A DNA stretch of 55,934 bases from a virus. The stretch lies in the IMG/VR virus record IMGVR_UViG_3300045988_068817; one strand, given 5' to 3'. Made by a program: the position numbers and the translations under genes. Below are positions 40,117 through 50,422 of this stretch, piece after piece; the first letter of the stretch is position 1, and every line of letters begins with the position of its first letter. Under the pieces are notes generated by a model that had not been told where the DNA came from, made no database searches, and saw only the letters and a program-made list of their open reading frames with translations.

Positions 40117-40668
40117 TCAGGATTTAACATATTTCATGCAGACTTTGCCGTTTACTACAACAAAGCCGCAGGATTCGAGGGCTGCGGTGCGCGTATCCAG
40201 CGCCTGCTCTGCCTGTTCCGCGCGGGTTGTTTCAGCAGTGATAGCAGCATCTAAGCGCTGTTCCTCGCCCTTGGCTCGGGATGCTTCAGCGGCAATTCCG
40301 TCCGTGTTCGCCTGTTCTGCCGCCTTTGCCCGCTCCGTTTCCTCCGTGATTTTTGTGGATAAGGCGCTTTCGGCGGCTTGTGCGCGCTCGACCTCAGCCG
40401 CGATGTTGTCAGCGTTGGCTTTTTCCGCTACTTCTGCTCGGGAAATCTCCGATGCAAGGTCATCCCTTACGCCCTGAATCGCGTCACCGGCAGCCTTTGC
40501 ATCCGCAGCCTTGCCGGAGAGGGAGAGGGTAGGGTCGATGATTTTATCGACAACACCTTTGTTTTCATTGACAGCAGATTCAAGGTCAACAATGCCGTCC
40601 TCGATATGGTTCAGCTGCTGGGCGCCGAGCACTTCACCGTTTGCAAAGTTCTGCTTTTGATAGCTCAT
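40117..40668 (-). CDS. Tail fibre-like coiled-coil protein, 183 aa
   Basis: Repeated RA(E/K)xAExA heptad-like units. Confidence 0.55.
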   Translation of the reverse strand: MSYQKQNFANGEVLGAQQLNHIEDGIVDLESAVNENKGVVDKIIDPTLSLSGKAADAKAAGDAIQGVRDDLASEISRAEVAEKANADNIAAEVERAQAAESALSTKITEETERAKAAEQANTDGIAAEASRAKGEEQRLDAAITAETTRAEQAEQALDTRTAALESCGFVVVNGKVCMKYVKS

Positions 40669-40943
40669 TGATAAGTTACCTCCTCTTCATTTTCGTTGGT
40701 TTGTGTAAAAGCCGTTTCTGTTTTGGTATCAGCAGGCTTATCGGCTGTTGGTACGGGGCTGTATATCAAATTGATTCCATCCCACAAATAATCTGTATAA
40801 AACCCTTCTGTCATTCCTGAAAGGTCATCAAACAGAATTTCATCAGGCGGCAGCGGGTTTGGAATAACACTTTCATGACACCACCCGCCGCCATACAATC
40901 GACCATCCAATCCGACTTTGCACTTGAACTTGAAATGTTCCAT
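40665..40943 (-). CDS. Hypothetical tail-module protein, 92 aa
   Basis: Internal ATG (MEHFKFKCKV...). Confidence 0.5.
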   Translation of the reverse strand: MEHFKFKCKVGLDGRLYGGGWCHESVIPNPLPPDEILFDDLSGMTEGFYTDYLWDGINLIYSPVPTADKPADTKTETAFTQTNENEEEVTYQ

Positions 40944-40953
40944 GATAGTTACC

Positions 40954-43014
40954 TCATATAAAACCATATAGTTCCAACGGGCGGCAAACCTCATCGTTTT
41001 TGTCTACGCCATCTCCGCCCGGATTTTGCAAATTAAACGACCATACTCCGACAATGGTTGTACCAGAGTATGACGATGTTCTTTCGTTTCCGCTGCCAAA
41101 CGTTATTCCCGTGTCGCTCACTTTGACGGTTCTCCAATGAATTGTATTCCACGGATAAGCATAAGAGTACGTTTGCCCATTAACAGGAAGAACGACCGTA
41201 AGTCTACCAGCACCGCCGCCACTGGCAAGCCATGTTCCTTTTTTATGCGTGTCATAGACCAGCATTACAGACGAGTAGGACGAAAGATCGATTTTTGTTG
41301 TTTGTGCAGTAAATTTTCCTGTTGGGTTGCCATAAGAATCCTTTTGATAAGGCCATTCAAAAATCTTACTGTTGCGAATGCCGTGAAAAGATATGCCATC
41401 ACTGTATATAGAAACACTTCCATAGGCATTCGTTATGTCTATGCCATTGTCGTTTATAACAACTTTATTGTTTCCGCGAATGACTTGTACGTTTTGACCA
41501 GTGATTTGAACTTTGCCTTCCCAGTCGCTACGAGTGACGACCAACCCATTTTCAGGAGTAAACGTTATCATGCTATAAAGCTCTTCTTTTGTTGCACGAA
41601 GAGTAATAGCATCAGCGTTCTGAGAAATCTTTGTTTCCGCTGCACCGATGCGCGTAGAAACGCCATCCATGTCAGTTTGGTATGTTTCCTTCGTGACACG
41701 GGATTCAATGGCGGTATTTGTCTTTTCAAGGTCGGAAGAATACTCTGTCCTGAACTGCGTCAGGTCGTTCTTGGTCTGGTTCGTCTGCGTAGCGGCCTGG
41801 TTTATCTTCTCAAGGTTCGCCCTGTCCGTTGCCGCCTGTTGGCTTGTAACGCCGCTTGTAGACTGCGTGTAGGAAGAACTCGTGACCGTTTCGCCAGCGC
41901 CGGAAATCGCTGTGTTGCAATTCAAAGCAAGCGTAACGTTGGTAACAATGGTATCATGTACAACGCCGTCTTTGTCCTTGTAGCGTATCATGTCCAGCGG
42001 GAACAAATACGGTGCAGACTTGATAGTGGCGCTATATGGACGATAGGCAAACCCGCCGCGTGCAGCTTGCAGTTCCTTCAAAACGCCCTCGTAGGCGTTG
42101 GTCAGGAACCCGCAGTCACTCAAATCAAGCGCGTACTCGTTCGTTCCAGCAAGATAAGCGGCTTCTTCACTCACGTCACAGGTAAAGCCGGTGATTGTAA
42201 TGTCATTCTCCAACAAATCACTGGTGTACCGTTCGTTCATCGTGACGGTGACGGCTGTTTGTTCGTACCATTTAAGAACAAGCTGACCGTCCTCGTTCAT
42301 GAAAGCACAAGTGCCTGTCAACTGCGCACACCATTGTAAGCATTGGCGATAAGTCAACTGTTGTGAGGAAGATGGAAACCCGCCAATACTATACTGATGG
42401 TTCGGAAGAGCTGTCACATCGGTCAAAAGAGACACGCTGCACAACTCACAGATTTTTTGAATTAACGCATCGACATGAATTGGAAACGAAATTTTTGAAA
42501 CATCAACGGCCTTGTCGAACTTGACCATATAATCAAGGGCAGAAACCGTAATGATTTGCAGCTTTCGAGGAGACGTGTCGATAATGAATCGACCGCATGG
42601 AATCCAAACGACCTGTGCTTTTGTTCCTGCATCACCAATCAAATTCTTTCCAAGAATGAAATTGCCAATGCCATTGAGAGCGCCAAGAACGGACTGCCCA
42701 AGAACAAAATGGCCAAGTGTTGTCGGGTCATCGCTCCAAACGCCGACCTTTACATAGAGCACGGCCCCTTCAAACAAAACGTTGTCGAACTTGCCATCGT
42801 AGTTCCTCAGCTTCAAGGACAGCTCGGATGCTACCGCAGAGCCGACCTCAATTTTGCTGTTGGTCACGCTGCATCGGTCAATCTTTAATCCGCCCTGGAC
42901 AATGTCCGCTTCGGTGATGGTAAAAGATTCCTTCCCATTGGAAAATTCGATGGCTGCGGTCTGAAGGTTTCCCTCGTTAAAGTAATTTATAACGTCTTGC
43001 GATACGTTTACCAT
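40954..43014 (-). CDS. Tail tip / tail-associated protein (Tal-like, prophage-tail family), 686 aa
   Basis: Its size and its position directly after the Dit-like gene and the tape measure. Confidence 0.65.
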   Translation of the reverse strand: MVNVSQDVINYFNEGNLQTAAIEFSNGKESFTITEADIVQGGLKIDRCSVTNSKIEVGSAVASELSLKLRNYDGKFDNVLFEGAVLYVKVGVWSDDPTTLGHFVLGQSVLGALNGIGNFILGKNLIGDAGTKAQVVWIPCGRFIIDTSPRKLQIITVSALDYMVKFDKAVDVSKISFPIHVDALIQKICELCSVSLLTDVTALPNHQYSIGGFPSSSQQLTYRQCLQWCAQLTGTCAFMNEDGQLVLKWYEQTAVTVTMNERYTSDLLENDITITGFTCDVSEEAAYLAGTNEYALDLSDCGFLTNAYEGVLKELQAARGGFAYRPYSATIKSAPYLFPLDMIRYKDKDGVVHDTIVTNVTLALNCNTAISGAGETVTSSSYTQSTSGVTSQQAATDRANLEKINQAATQTNQTKNDLTQFRTEYSSDLEKTNTAIESRVTKETYQTDMDGVSTRIGAAETKISQNADAITLRATKEELYSMITFTPENGLVVTRSDWEGKVQITGQNVQVIRGNNKVVINDNGIDITNAYGSVSIYSDGISFHGIRNSKIFEWPYQKDSYGNPTGKFTAQTTKIDLSSYSSVMLVYDTHKKGTWLASGGGAGRLTVVLPVNGQTYSYAYPWNTIHWRTVKVSDTGITFGSGNERTSSYSGTTIVGVWSFNLQNPGGDGVDKNDEVCRPLELYGFI

Positions 43015-43391
43015 CAGTGTGCAGCCCTTTCGATGATATTAAAGGATATCCCTTCCCAACGGCGCATTCGCGAATTGTACATCGGCACGGAGCGGTCGCC
43101 AACGTAAAACTCGCTGGTTTTCCACTCGCCAGCCATTGCGTCAAGGTAGGTAACATTGATATACTCCGGATTAAACGCTTTCAGGATAACAGAAGCTTCT
43201 TTAATGGTGGTGTACTTCCATTCAAGTTCAAGCTTGACACACTGGCCAAGCCGTTTCTTATCCATGATGTTTGCTTCCGTTCGGCCAGCATCAGATGCGG
43301 AAATATCCTGCAACTTCCACTGATAAGAAGAGGGGCATTTAAGATACTGCCCATCCACGCTCCGAATCGGATTGTACTGGTCGTAATCCAT
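43014..43391 (-). CDS. Distal tail protein-like, 125 aa
   Basis: AAAGGAGGGG RBS. Position between the tape measure and the Tal-like gene. Confidence 0.5.
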   Translation of the reverse strand: MDYDQYNPIRSVDGQYLKCPSSYQWKLQDISASDAGRTEANIMDKKRLGQCVKLELEWKYTTIKEASVILKAFNPEYINVTYLDAMAGEWKTSEFYVGDRSVPMYNSRMRRWEGISFNIIERAAH

Positions 43392-43404
43392 AAATGCCCC
43401 TCCT

Positions 43405-46400
43405 TTAAGTGCCAATGGGAATGATAGTTTTGCCGTTTCTCTGGTTTACCCGGCTGATTGCCTGAGATATGCTGGAAACGGAAATTTCGGAAGTAGATTC
43501 CTTTTCAAGCAAAGCCTTTAACAGCTCGTTCTGCTGACGAAGAAGCTCATTCTGTTTGGCCATAGCCGACTCAACACCTTCGCGGATGCCCTCAACGATT
43601 TGGTCATTGTTAGCAACTGCCGTGTGACCGCCCAGCGAACCGACCATCTCAGCACCGGCTTCGCGGGCAATGAACAGCTGCCCAGCATCCGGGAAACCAC
43701 CGCTTGCGAAACCAAAAATCTTTTTGCCAAGATTCACGAGTGCACCAATAGGAGACAAATCCCATAGCGTATGTTTAGCGGTTTCTAAAAGCTTCGTGCT
43801 TAAGCCTTTGTCCGAGTTCCCCCAAGTGGTTATCATGTCTTTCCACCATTGAGCACCGCCAGCAAGACCAAGCCCGGCACCAGCGCCAATACCGAGAGCG
43901 CCAGTTCCGGCAGGGAGCTTAATAGCTCCAAGTGCACCAACGCCCGGCAAAGAGTTCGCCTTATTCCCAGAAGAACCAGAACCGGAAAACTTGTTTTTTA
44001 GCCAAGAGATGGCATCACTTGCCTGCGTTTTGATAAAATCAAACCCGTCAGAAACGATTTTGCCAATGCCGCTGTCTTTGCTGAACAGCGTGGAGAAGAA
44101 GGACTTCAGGCTTCCGTATGCTTCTTTCAGCCCCGGAACTTGGTCGATGACCTCACCGACTTTGGTTTTCAGGTTGTTAAAGGTGGTGATAACGTTTTTC
44201 ACGCTGTCAATGGTGTCAGATATGTTCTTGACAGCAGTGGAAACCTTGTTAAAAACAAGGTAAACGCCCTCAAACGCCTTTTGAATGGCAAGACCAGCAG
44301 CACCGAAGAATCCGTTGTACTGGTACTCGTTTTCAATCTCTGCAACGCTCTTTTTCACAAAAGACCGGATATCAGAGACTGCGCTCACAAAACCATCGTG
44401 CGTGTTCAGGATGGACTTCGATGCAGCGGTAAGCGCGTCAATGGAAGATTTGAAGCCGTTGGAGATATCCTTGCCCGCCTTAGTAACCGCGTTGATGCCC
44501 TCTGTGAAGTCGCTCAAGTCGGTTTTCATCTTCTTGAACCAACCACCAAAGCTATCATTGGTGGTGCGCATCGTGCGTTTCAGCGCGTTTGCGGTTTCCA
44601 TCATGGACTTGCCGCTTGCGTCAACGGAAAGGCTGATAGAGCTATCGCGCAAACCGTAGTTGTCGTTTGCCAGCTGAGAACCAATGGTCTTTACCGCGTC
44701 AGACACGGACTGGATAGCTTTCACTGCAAGGTCTTTGGCAGCGGAGATACCGTTCACAAGACCTTCTATGAGGTAGACACCATAGCCTTTAAAGACTTTG
44801 GAAGGGGAGTGGATGCCGGTGTCTGTTGTGAACTTGTCGAGAATGGCTTTCGCAAGACCGCCGACAGCGTTTCTAGCTGTTTCAATGCCTTTATTGATAC
44901 CATCAACTAAACCTTGAACGAGGTTTTTGCCATGCTCAATAAATTTCTTACGAAGTTCTTTTAAAGTGTCGACAAGACTGTTCCACGCTTTGTCCCAGTT
45001 TGTCTTAAAGCCTTGCCATTTTTTATCCCACCAGACACCTACTCCAACAAACCATTGCTTCAAGTCGGCGCTTGCTTTATCAAGAGCGGCTGTGATTTTA
45101 TCCCAGTTCTGGTAAATGGCGATTCCGGCATCGGTTAAACCGCCAACGATCAAACCGATAATTGCACCAATTCCAGCGGTAATCGGGCCGCCAAGAGAGC
45201 CTATAATTGCGCCAACGGCAGCACCAGCCATTGTAGAGCCAGCGGGAATCAGCAAGCCGTTCAGAATGTTTAAGCCGTTTGTCAAAGCGTCATAAACGCC
45301 GGTCACAAACATTGCAACACCAGCTATTACGCCAGCGACAACCGCGCCAACTAATGCGCCACCCATTTTGCCGCCTGCGGATGTAATGGCTTTTGCAACG
45401 GCGCTATCCGCAAAGGAAGTCGTGATAAACTCTGCGATTTTTGAGCCAAGCAACGCCGCGCCGCCAACAAACGTAATAGCGCCTACAAGAATTTCCGTAA
45501 AATTGATAGCGTTAAGCTTGTCCTGAATGGCTTTCTTGATACCATCGAACATCAGGAAAAATCCAATGCCTATCAGAATGCCACCGGCAACCATGCCTTT
45601 CAGAATGCCAATTTTCTTGATTGCATCAGCAAGGTCTATAATAAAGGTAGTCAGTTTCCACAAAGCAAGCGCCGCGGTAACAGCTCCAATAATCGGAAGC
45701 ATCCCTCTGATTTTTTCCTTGATGCTGTCAATCTGATTTGCAAACCCTTCATTGTATTTTGAGAACATATCATAGGCAGATAGGTCTACATCACCCAAGA
45801 GGTTGCCAGCAGCGCCAGCACCGGAGCCAGAGCCACCGGAAGAACCATTGTCCTTCTGGATGACGTTCAGTTCATCAAAGCCCATGATGTAGTTCTTGAA
45901 CGCCTTTGCAGCTTTGCCGGTCGCTTTGGTGGTGTTGTCCATCGCATCCGTGACGCCACCGACAGCATCGCTTGCGCTGCTAAAATCCGGGAACTCTACC
46001 TTCACGCCCATCATGGATGCAATGCCAGCGACTAGTTCTTTGACCAGCTCAACAGCCGCGATCAGCGGCGGGAGAATGGATTTTAAAGCAGGGTAGAGCA
46101 GAGAACCAACAGCGCGAGCCAGACTGTTCAGCTGTGCCTGCAAGATACGAATCATGTTTGCAGGGCTGGACAGAGTGCGGGCGAAGTCTCCCTGTGCATC
46201 GGTGGTCTGCTTCATGATGGCAATGTACCGCAGAACCGCCTTGTCAGCCTGAGACAGGGTAGAAACGCTCTGCGAATAGCCAAGATTAAGCAGTTCCTGC
46301 TGCAACCGTGCGTTAGAAATATCGACACCCAGACGGCGAATCGGTTCAAGTTCGCCGGATATAGCTGCCTGAATCTTCGTAAAGGATTCCGCAACAGGGA

Positions 46401-47391
46401 TGTTCTTTAAGGAAGCAAGGTCATAACCAAGCTGCGTCAGGTTCTTTGAAAGCACATACGCCTTATCGCTCGCCATGCCAAACGAGGTGGTAAGACCTTG
46501 AATCGTTGCCATGTTGTTCATGGCTTCGGTGGGGTCAATGCCAAGCAGGGTTTCCATCTTGTCGATGAACGTGCTTGCTTCTCCGGTCAGCCCCTTCATG
46601 GACACGCCGAACAGGTTTGCGGCTTCGTAATAGCTATTGAACTTCTCCGCTGCGTTGCCAAGATAGGTTGCAATGGCTTTCAGCGAGACCAGCTTTGCCA
46701 TGTTTCGCATGAAGCTGTTCATCTGACTGGAAAGGCTCATGTAGCTTTTCTTCTGCCGTTCGTTGGCAGCGGTCACGCGGTTTGCCTGTGTAACCACCTT
46801 GCTTAACTGCGGAGGTAGCTTTGCAAAAGCGTTGCCCACCTTGTCAAGCTGAGATGCAAGGGGAGCGAGAGCGGTGGATATCTTCCGGCAAGAATCCGCG
46901 AAAGAATCAAGGTCTGCCGCTTTTAGCTTGTCGGTCAGGTCGGGCACAGTGCCAATCGCCTTGAACGCGCTGCCAAGCGATTTCAAGCCGGAAATGTCTA
47001 AAATGGACAGGGGCGCAAGAGCATTCGTCAACTGCGTGATGCTACCGGACATGGAGTAGAAGTCTACGCCGTTCAGAGCAGATACCGCATTTGGAATCTT
47101 CTTGATGGCATTTACAACAGAGTTAACGCCTTTCACGCCAGCGGTTGTGTTGACAGAAGAGATACCATTCAGGAAGTTTGTGACCTTATCTAGACCGGAA
47201 ATGCCGGAAGACGATTGCTTCAGCGCGGAAATGGAACTAGACAACTTATCAAGGCTTGTACAGACCTTGCCAACACTGCCCTTTGTCCGCAAATTAGAAA
47301 TGGCGGTAGCAAGCTTGTCAATGTTAAGCTCTGCACCCTGCGATTCCGCAGAGATTTCTACGGATAAGCTTGTAATATCAACATCAGCCAT
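43405..47391 (-). CDS. Tape measure protein, 1328 aa
   Basis: Size, a central Gly/Ala-rich hydrophobic block, and position after the G/T chaperones. Confidence 0.85.
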   Translation of the reverse strand: MADVDITSLSVEISAESQGAELNIDKLATAISNLRTKGSVGKVCTSLDKLSSSISALKQSSSGISGLDKVTNFLNGISSVNTTAGVKGVNSVVNAIKKIPNAVSALNGVDFYSMSGSITQLTNALAPLSILDISGLKSLGSAFKAIGTVPDLTDKLKAADLDSFADSCRKISTALAPLASQLDKVGNAFAKLPPQLSKVVTQANRVTAANERQKKSYMSLSSQMNSFMRNMAKLVSLKAIATYLGNAAEKFNSYYEAANLFGVSMKGLTGEASTFIDKMETLLGIDPTEAMNNMATIQGLTTSFGMASDKAYVLSKNLTQLGYDLASLKNIPVAESFTKIQAAISGELEPIRRLGVDISNARLQQELLNLGYSQSVSTLSQADKAVLRYIAIMKQTTDAQGDFARTLSSPANMIRILQAQLNSLARAVGSLLYPALKSILPPLIAAVELVKELVAGIASMMGVKVEFPDFSSASDAVGGVTDAMDNTTKATGKAAKAFKNYIMGFDELNVIQKDNGSSGGSGSGAGAAGNLLGDVDLSAYDMFSKYNEGFANQIDSIKEKIRGMLPIIGAVTAALALWKLTTFIIDLADAIKKIGILKGMVAGGILIGIGFFLMFDGIKKAIQDKLNAINFTEILVGAITFVGGAALLGSKIAEFITTSFADSAVAKAITSAGGKMGGALVGAVVAGVIAGVAMFVTGVYDALTNGLNILNGLLIPAGSTMAGAAVGAIIGSLGGPITAGIGAIIGLIVGGLTDAGIAIYQNWDKITAALDKASADLKQWFVGVGVWWDKKWQGFKTNWDKAWNSLVDTLKELRKKFIEHGKNLVQGLVDGINKGIETARNAVGGLAKAILDKFTTDTGIHSPSKVFKGYGVYLIEGLVNGISAAKDLAVKAIQSVSDAVKTIGSQLANDNYGLRDSSISLSVDASGKSMMETANALKRTMRTTNDSFGGWFKKMKTDLSDFTEGINAVTKAGKDISNGFKSSIDALTAASKSILNTHDGFVSAVSDIRSFVKKSVAEIENEYQYNGFFGAAGLAIQKAFEGVYLVFNKVSTAVKNISDTIDSVKNVITTFNNLKTKVGEVIDQVPGLKEAYGSLKSFFSTLFSKDSGIGKIVSDGFDFIKTQASDAISWLKNKFSGSGSSGNKANSLPGVGALGAIKLPAGTGALGIGAGAGLGLAGGAQWWKDMITTWGNSDKGLSTKLLETAKHTLWDLSPIGALVNLGKKIFGFASGGFPDAGQLFIAREAGAEMVGSLGGHTAVANNDQIVEGIREGVESAMAKQNELLRQQNELLKALLEKESTSEISVSSISQAISRVNQRNGKTIIPIGT

Positions 47392-47821
47392 TGCTACCAC
47401 CGTCCTTCTGATTCATCATAGAGAACATCGCCCTCTTGATGCGTTCTTGCGCTTCCAATGCGCGTTGGTATTCGTACTCGTCCTGCTCTTTCTGGGTGAG
47501 AGGAATCGGTCTATCCATGTATTTGATTGGGCTAGACCCTTTCTTGCGGAACATATTGCCAACCGTAGAGGAAAGCGCAGATGCTGTGTAGAAGCCGTTT
47601 CTCCACGCTTCAACGTTGGCTCTGCGGGCGCGTAATTCTTCCGCGTCCCGGTAGACCTTTGCCAGCCAGACGTCATCGCGCCAGAACTGGTCATAGGTCA
47701 TGCCAATGGAGATGTAATAGGCTTCTACATCGTGGAACAGCTTAGACACAGAGAATGGCTCTGTGTGGCTGTCCGATTCCTGAGACTGTGAGGTTACACA
47801 ATCTCCCACGTTGCGTTTTTT
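47384..47821 (-). CDS. Tail assembly chaperone T-extension, reached by a -1 frameshift from the G ORF
   Basis: The frame opens at the slippery site. It reads KKRNVGDCVTSQSQ... and is continuous with track ORF 47384..47809. Confidence 0.65.
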   Translation of the reverse strand, partial: KKRNVGDCVTSQSQESDSHTEPFSVSKLFHDVEAYYISIGMTYDQFWRDDVWLAKVYRDAEELRARRANVEAWRNGFYTASALSSTVGNMFRKKGSSPIKYMDRPIPLTQKEQDEYEYQRALEAQERIKRAMFSMMNQKDGGSNG

Positions 47822-48141
47822 GCGGTCTTGTCCTCTTCATCAGTGGCAACCAGAGCCTTGATGGAATCTGCGTACATCTCCATCAGAGCAGCCATCAGAC
47901 CTTCCTTGTTTTCGATGTGCGCAAGCATATCATCGACCAGCTTGCGCTTGATGCCCTTGTTACGGGCGATGAACGCGCCGTAGAACAGAGCAGAGGTGTT
48001 CTTGATGGGGTTGATGCCGTTGGAAAACTCGTAAATCTGGAAGCCGTTGCGCTCAGTGGCTTCGGCGCTCTCGCGGGTGAAAGTCAGCTCATAAATGTTC
48101 TTACCATCGGGGGAATGAAAGTTGATAACCTTAGCAGCCAT
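47794..48141 (-). CDS. Tail assembly chaperone (gpG-like), 115 aa
   Basis: Position between the major tail protein and the tape measure. Slippery heptamer near its 3' end. Confidence 0.7.
   Translation of the reverse strand: MAAKVINFHSPDGKNIYELTFTRESAEATERNGFQIYEFSNGINPIKNTSALFYGAFIARNKGIKRKLVDDMLAHIENKEGLMAALMEMYADSIKALVATDEEDKTAKNATWEIV
47815..47821 (-). promoter_or_regulatory. -1 programmed frameshift slippery heptamer A_AAA_AAC
   Basis: GCA AAA AAC in the G frame, 7 codons before the G stop. Confidence 0.7.
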
Positions 48142-48228
48142 AATAAATGCTCTCCTTTATAAATAGGGGCAGAACTAAATCCGTTGTTCAGTTCTGCCCG
48201 GTTTGATTGATTGATTCGCTTTTTCGGT

Positions 48229-48666
48229 TTAGCCGCCAGTGATAGTCAGAGTTTCGCTGAACTCAGGCTTCTTGGTAAAGATACAGTTGATGGTCATTTC
48301 CACGACCTCGTCAACGCCAAAGCCAGACAAGCCGACCTGGTGCATACCCTGCCAAGAAAAGCCGGAGCCGTCCTGCATTTTCAGTGCGTAGTACTTCACG
48401 GCATTGTTTTCGGAAGTCTCGTCATAGCCAGCTTCCTTGACTTTCTTATAGTCATCCTTGTTGTAGTTTGCGGTGAAGGACTTGGTGTCACTCTGGATGA
48501 TGCCGAAGATGTTGACCCGCATAGGGTCAGACAGAGTGGTTGCATCCAGAAGGTTGGGCTCGGAGATCAGGTCGGGAACGTCCTTGATGTCGCACAGCTT
48601 CGTCAAAGTGGTTGCGCTGTTGCCACAATACAGGGTAGTATTCAGACCGGAGATAGCAGTACTCAT
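48229..48666 (-). CDS. Major tail protein, 145 aa
   Basis: Position and AGGAGG RBS. Followed by a hairpin (GGGGCAGAACT...AGTTCTGCCC at 48165-48200). Confidence 0.65.
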   Translation of the reverse strand: MSTAISGLNTTLYCGNSATTLTKLCDIKDVPDLISEPNLLDATTLSDPMRVNIFGIIQSDTKSFTANYNKDDYKKVKEAGYDETSENNAVKYYALKMQDGSGFSWQGMHQVGLSGFGVDEVVEMTINCIFTKKPEFSETLTITGG

Positions 48667-48681
48667 AGAATGTTTACCTCC

Positions 48682-49083
48682 TTAATTTCGGTAAATCATT
48701 CCGTCCTCCCCGATTGTTGCCCCGTAGCTGCACTCAATCCGGTAGACGGAATTGTTATACAGCCCATTCAATGGGGCAAACGACTTGCGATGAAAGTTAA
48801 GTGATTCAAGAACAGAATCCACGATTCCTGTGATGGAACGTGCTTCTGCAATGCGTCCGGTTTCCTTGTTGGAGTAGACACGGACACGAAGGGATACGGC
48901 AGCGTACTTGCTGTGCCGGGCAGAATCAATGTGCACAGGAAGATTGCTGTTTTCCTCTATCTGCACGCATGGAAACTTTTTGACGTTGCTGTCGTTGATT
49001 TCACCAGTGACGAAAATGCCGGGAACTTGCTTCCGCAGTTCCTTGGCGATAACCGTAAAGATGGGATTGAAATAATCAATCAA
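48682..49083 (-). CDS. Tail terminator / tail completion-like protein, 133 aa
   Basis: Gene order only. Confidence 0.45.
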   Translation of the reverse strand: MIDYFNPIFTVIAKELRKQVPGIFVTGEINDSNVKKFPCVQIEENSNLPVHIDSARHSKYAAVSLRVRVYSNKETGRIAEARSITGIVDSVLESLNFHRKSFAPLNGLYNNSVYRIECSYGATIGEDGMIYRN

Positions 49084-49622
49084 CTACTCCAAACCTCCCT
49101 CCACGTTGCTTCGACCTGAGAAGCCATTTCCTCAACAGCTCCCCACATAGCCATAGCTGCATCATTACCACTGGTGTAGTTCAGCTGACCCTTGCCGTCT
49201 ACTTCCTTGACAGGCGTACCGGCATTGCCAGATTTACCGTAGTAGTACCAGCGCTTGTGCTTGCCGTTTTCTTTGCCGTATGTGCCATGTTCGCCAATGT
49301 TATCAGGCAAAGGGAGCGGGCCGACCGTTCCGGCAGCGCCCCATCCTTGATGCGTAACGCCAGTACCAAACTCGATAAAGGCAACCGCTTTGCCCTCTGC
49401 AACGATGGTACAAGTCTTGTCTTTCTGGTTGATATGACACTTCACATCATTAGAACCAGCGTATTGCGCGTTAGCAAAGCGTATCTTTGCGACTTCAAGG
49501 CCTAGCCAAGAAAGACGAAAGGCAAGCGCTCTAGCTTTTCGGTTCAGGGTGGCCTTGTATTTGAGAATATCTTTCTCAGCCTGTTTAAGCCCTGCATCGC
49601 TCAACCTCACTTTAATTTTCAC
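49080..49622 (-). CDS. HK97 gp10-like head-tail joining protein, 180 aa
   Basis: Gene order and the N-terminal MKIKVRLSDAGLKQAEKDILKY pattern. Confidence 0.5.
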   Translation of the reverse strand: MKIKVRLSDAGLKQAEKDILKYKATLNRKARALAFRLSWLGLEVAKIRFANAQYAGSNDVKCHINQKDKTCTIVAEGKAVAFIEFGTGVTHQGWGAAGTVGPLPLPDNIGEHGTYGKENGKHKRWYYYGKSGNAGTPVKEVDGKGQLNYTSGNDAAMAMWGAVEEMASQVEATWREVWSS

Positions 49623-50058
49623 TTGTAGCCACCTCTTTCAGCGCATACAGCGTATCTGTGATATGCTCTGCGACCTTGACCACAATGTAGTTGTAAGGCA
49701 TATCCGGTTTTATTCCGAACCAGACGTGGCTTCCCTCACAAAGCGAGTTGTTGTTGCTTTTGCTGGAAGAGCCCAAGATGTCCCTTGATGCCAGCTTTGA
49801 ATACCCGACAAGAAACCAATTTCTCCGTTTCTTTCTTGGCGTGCTGACGATGTAGCTGTAATCCGTGAACGCACCGAAAGGGCTTGCTTCCGCAGAACCA
49901 GTAGGCGGGCTGACGTTCAGCATCAGCTTTGCAGGGTCACTCCACGTCTGCGATGTCTCGCCTGTTTCGTTACCCCATTCGTCCACAACAGGTGCTTTCT
50001 CGCCAACCGGGTTTGAATACCACAGCGGGCGTTTATCCAGTGGGCTACCATTGAACAT
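49612..50058 (-). CDS. Head closure / head-tail adaptor-like protein, 148 aa
   Basis: TGATG stop/start overlap with the upstream gene. Confidence 0.45.
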   Translation of the reverse strand: MFNGSPLDKRPLWYSNPVGEKAPVVDEWGNETGETSQTWSDPAKLMLNVSPPTGSAEASPFGAFTDYSYIVSTPRKKRRNWFLVGYSKLASRDILGSSSKSNNNSLCEGSHVWFGIKPDMPYNYIVVKVAEHITDTLYALKEVATSEN

Positions 50059-50402
50059 CAGCCGATAACACCTACTCTCGGAACCACTTCGTTTAGCAGG
50101 GACTGCGCCACATCGGAGCTTTCCCACACACGAGTAATACCGTTGTTGGTATAACTCGTCTGTCCGTTTGCGCCGATGTGGTTATACAGTTCCGCTGCAA
50201 TGCGTATCTGCAACGACTGATACTGCGATGGCAGCTCGTCCGGTCTGCTGCCGAAGGGGTATCCCTGTGCAAATATCTTGTCTTTGGCGAAATCAAGCAG
50301 CAGGTCGAAGAGTGGGTAGTCCTCGTCCGTGATTTCACGGTCAAGTGCAGGGGCGATGTACTGCCCCAGCTTGACTGCCGCTTCGGAATACTGGTCTCCC
50401 AT
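50058..50402 (-). CDS. Head-tail connector (gp6-like), 114 aa
   Basis: Directly downstream of the capsid gene. Confidence 0.5.
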   Translation of the reverse strand: MGDQYSEAAVKLGQYIAPALDREITDEDYPLFDLLLDFAKDKIFAQGYPFGSRPDELPSQYQSLQIRIAAELYNHIGANGQTSYTNNGITRVWESSDVAQSLLNEVVPRVGVIG

Positions 50403-50422
50403 GCTACTTTCCTCCTTTCGCC

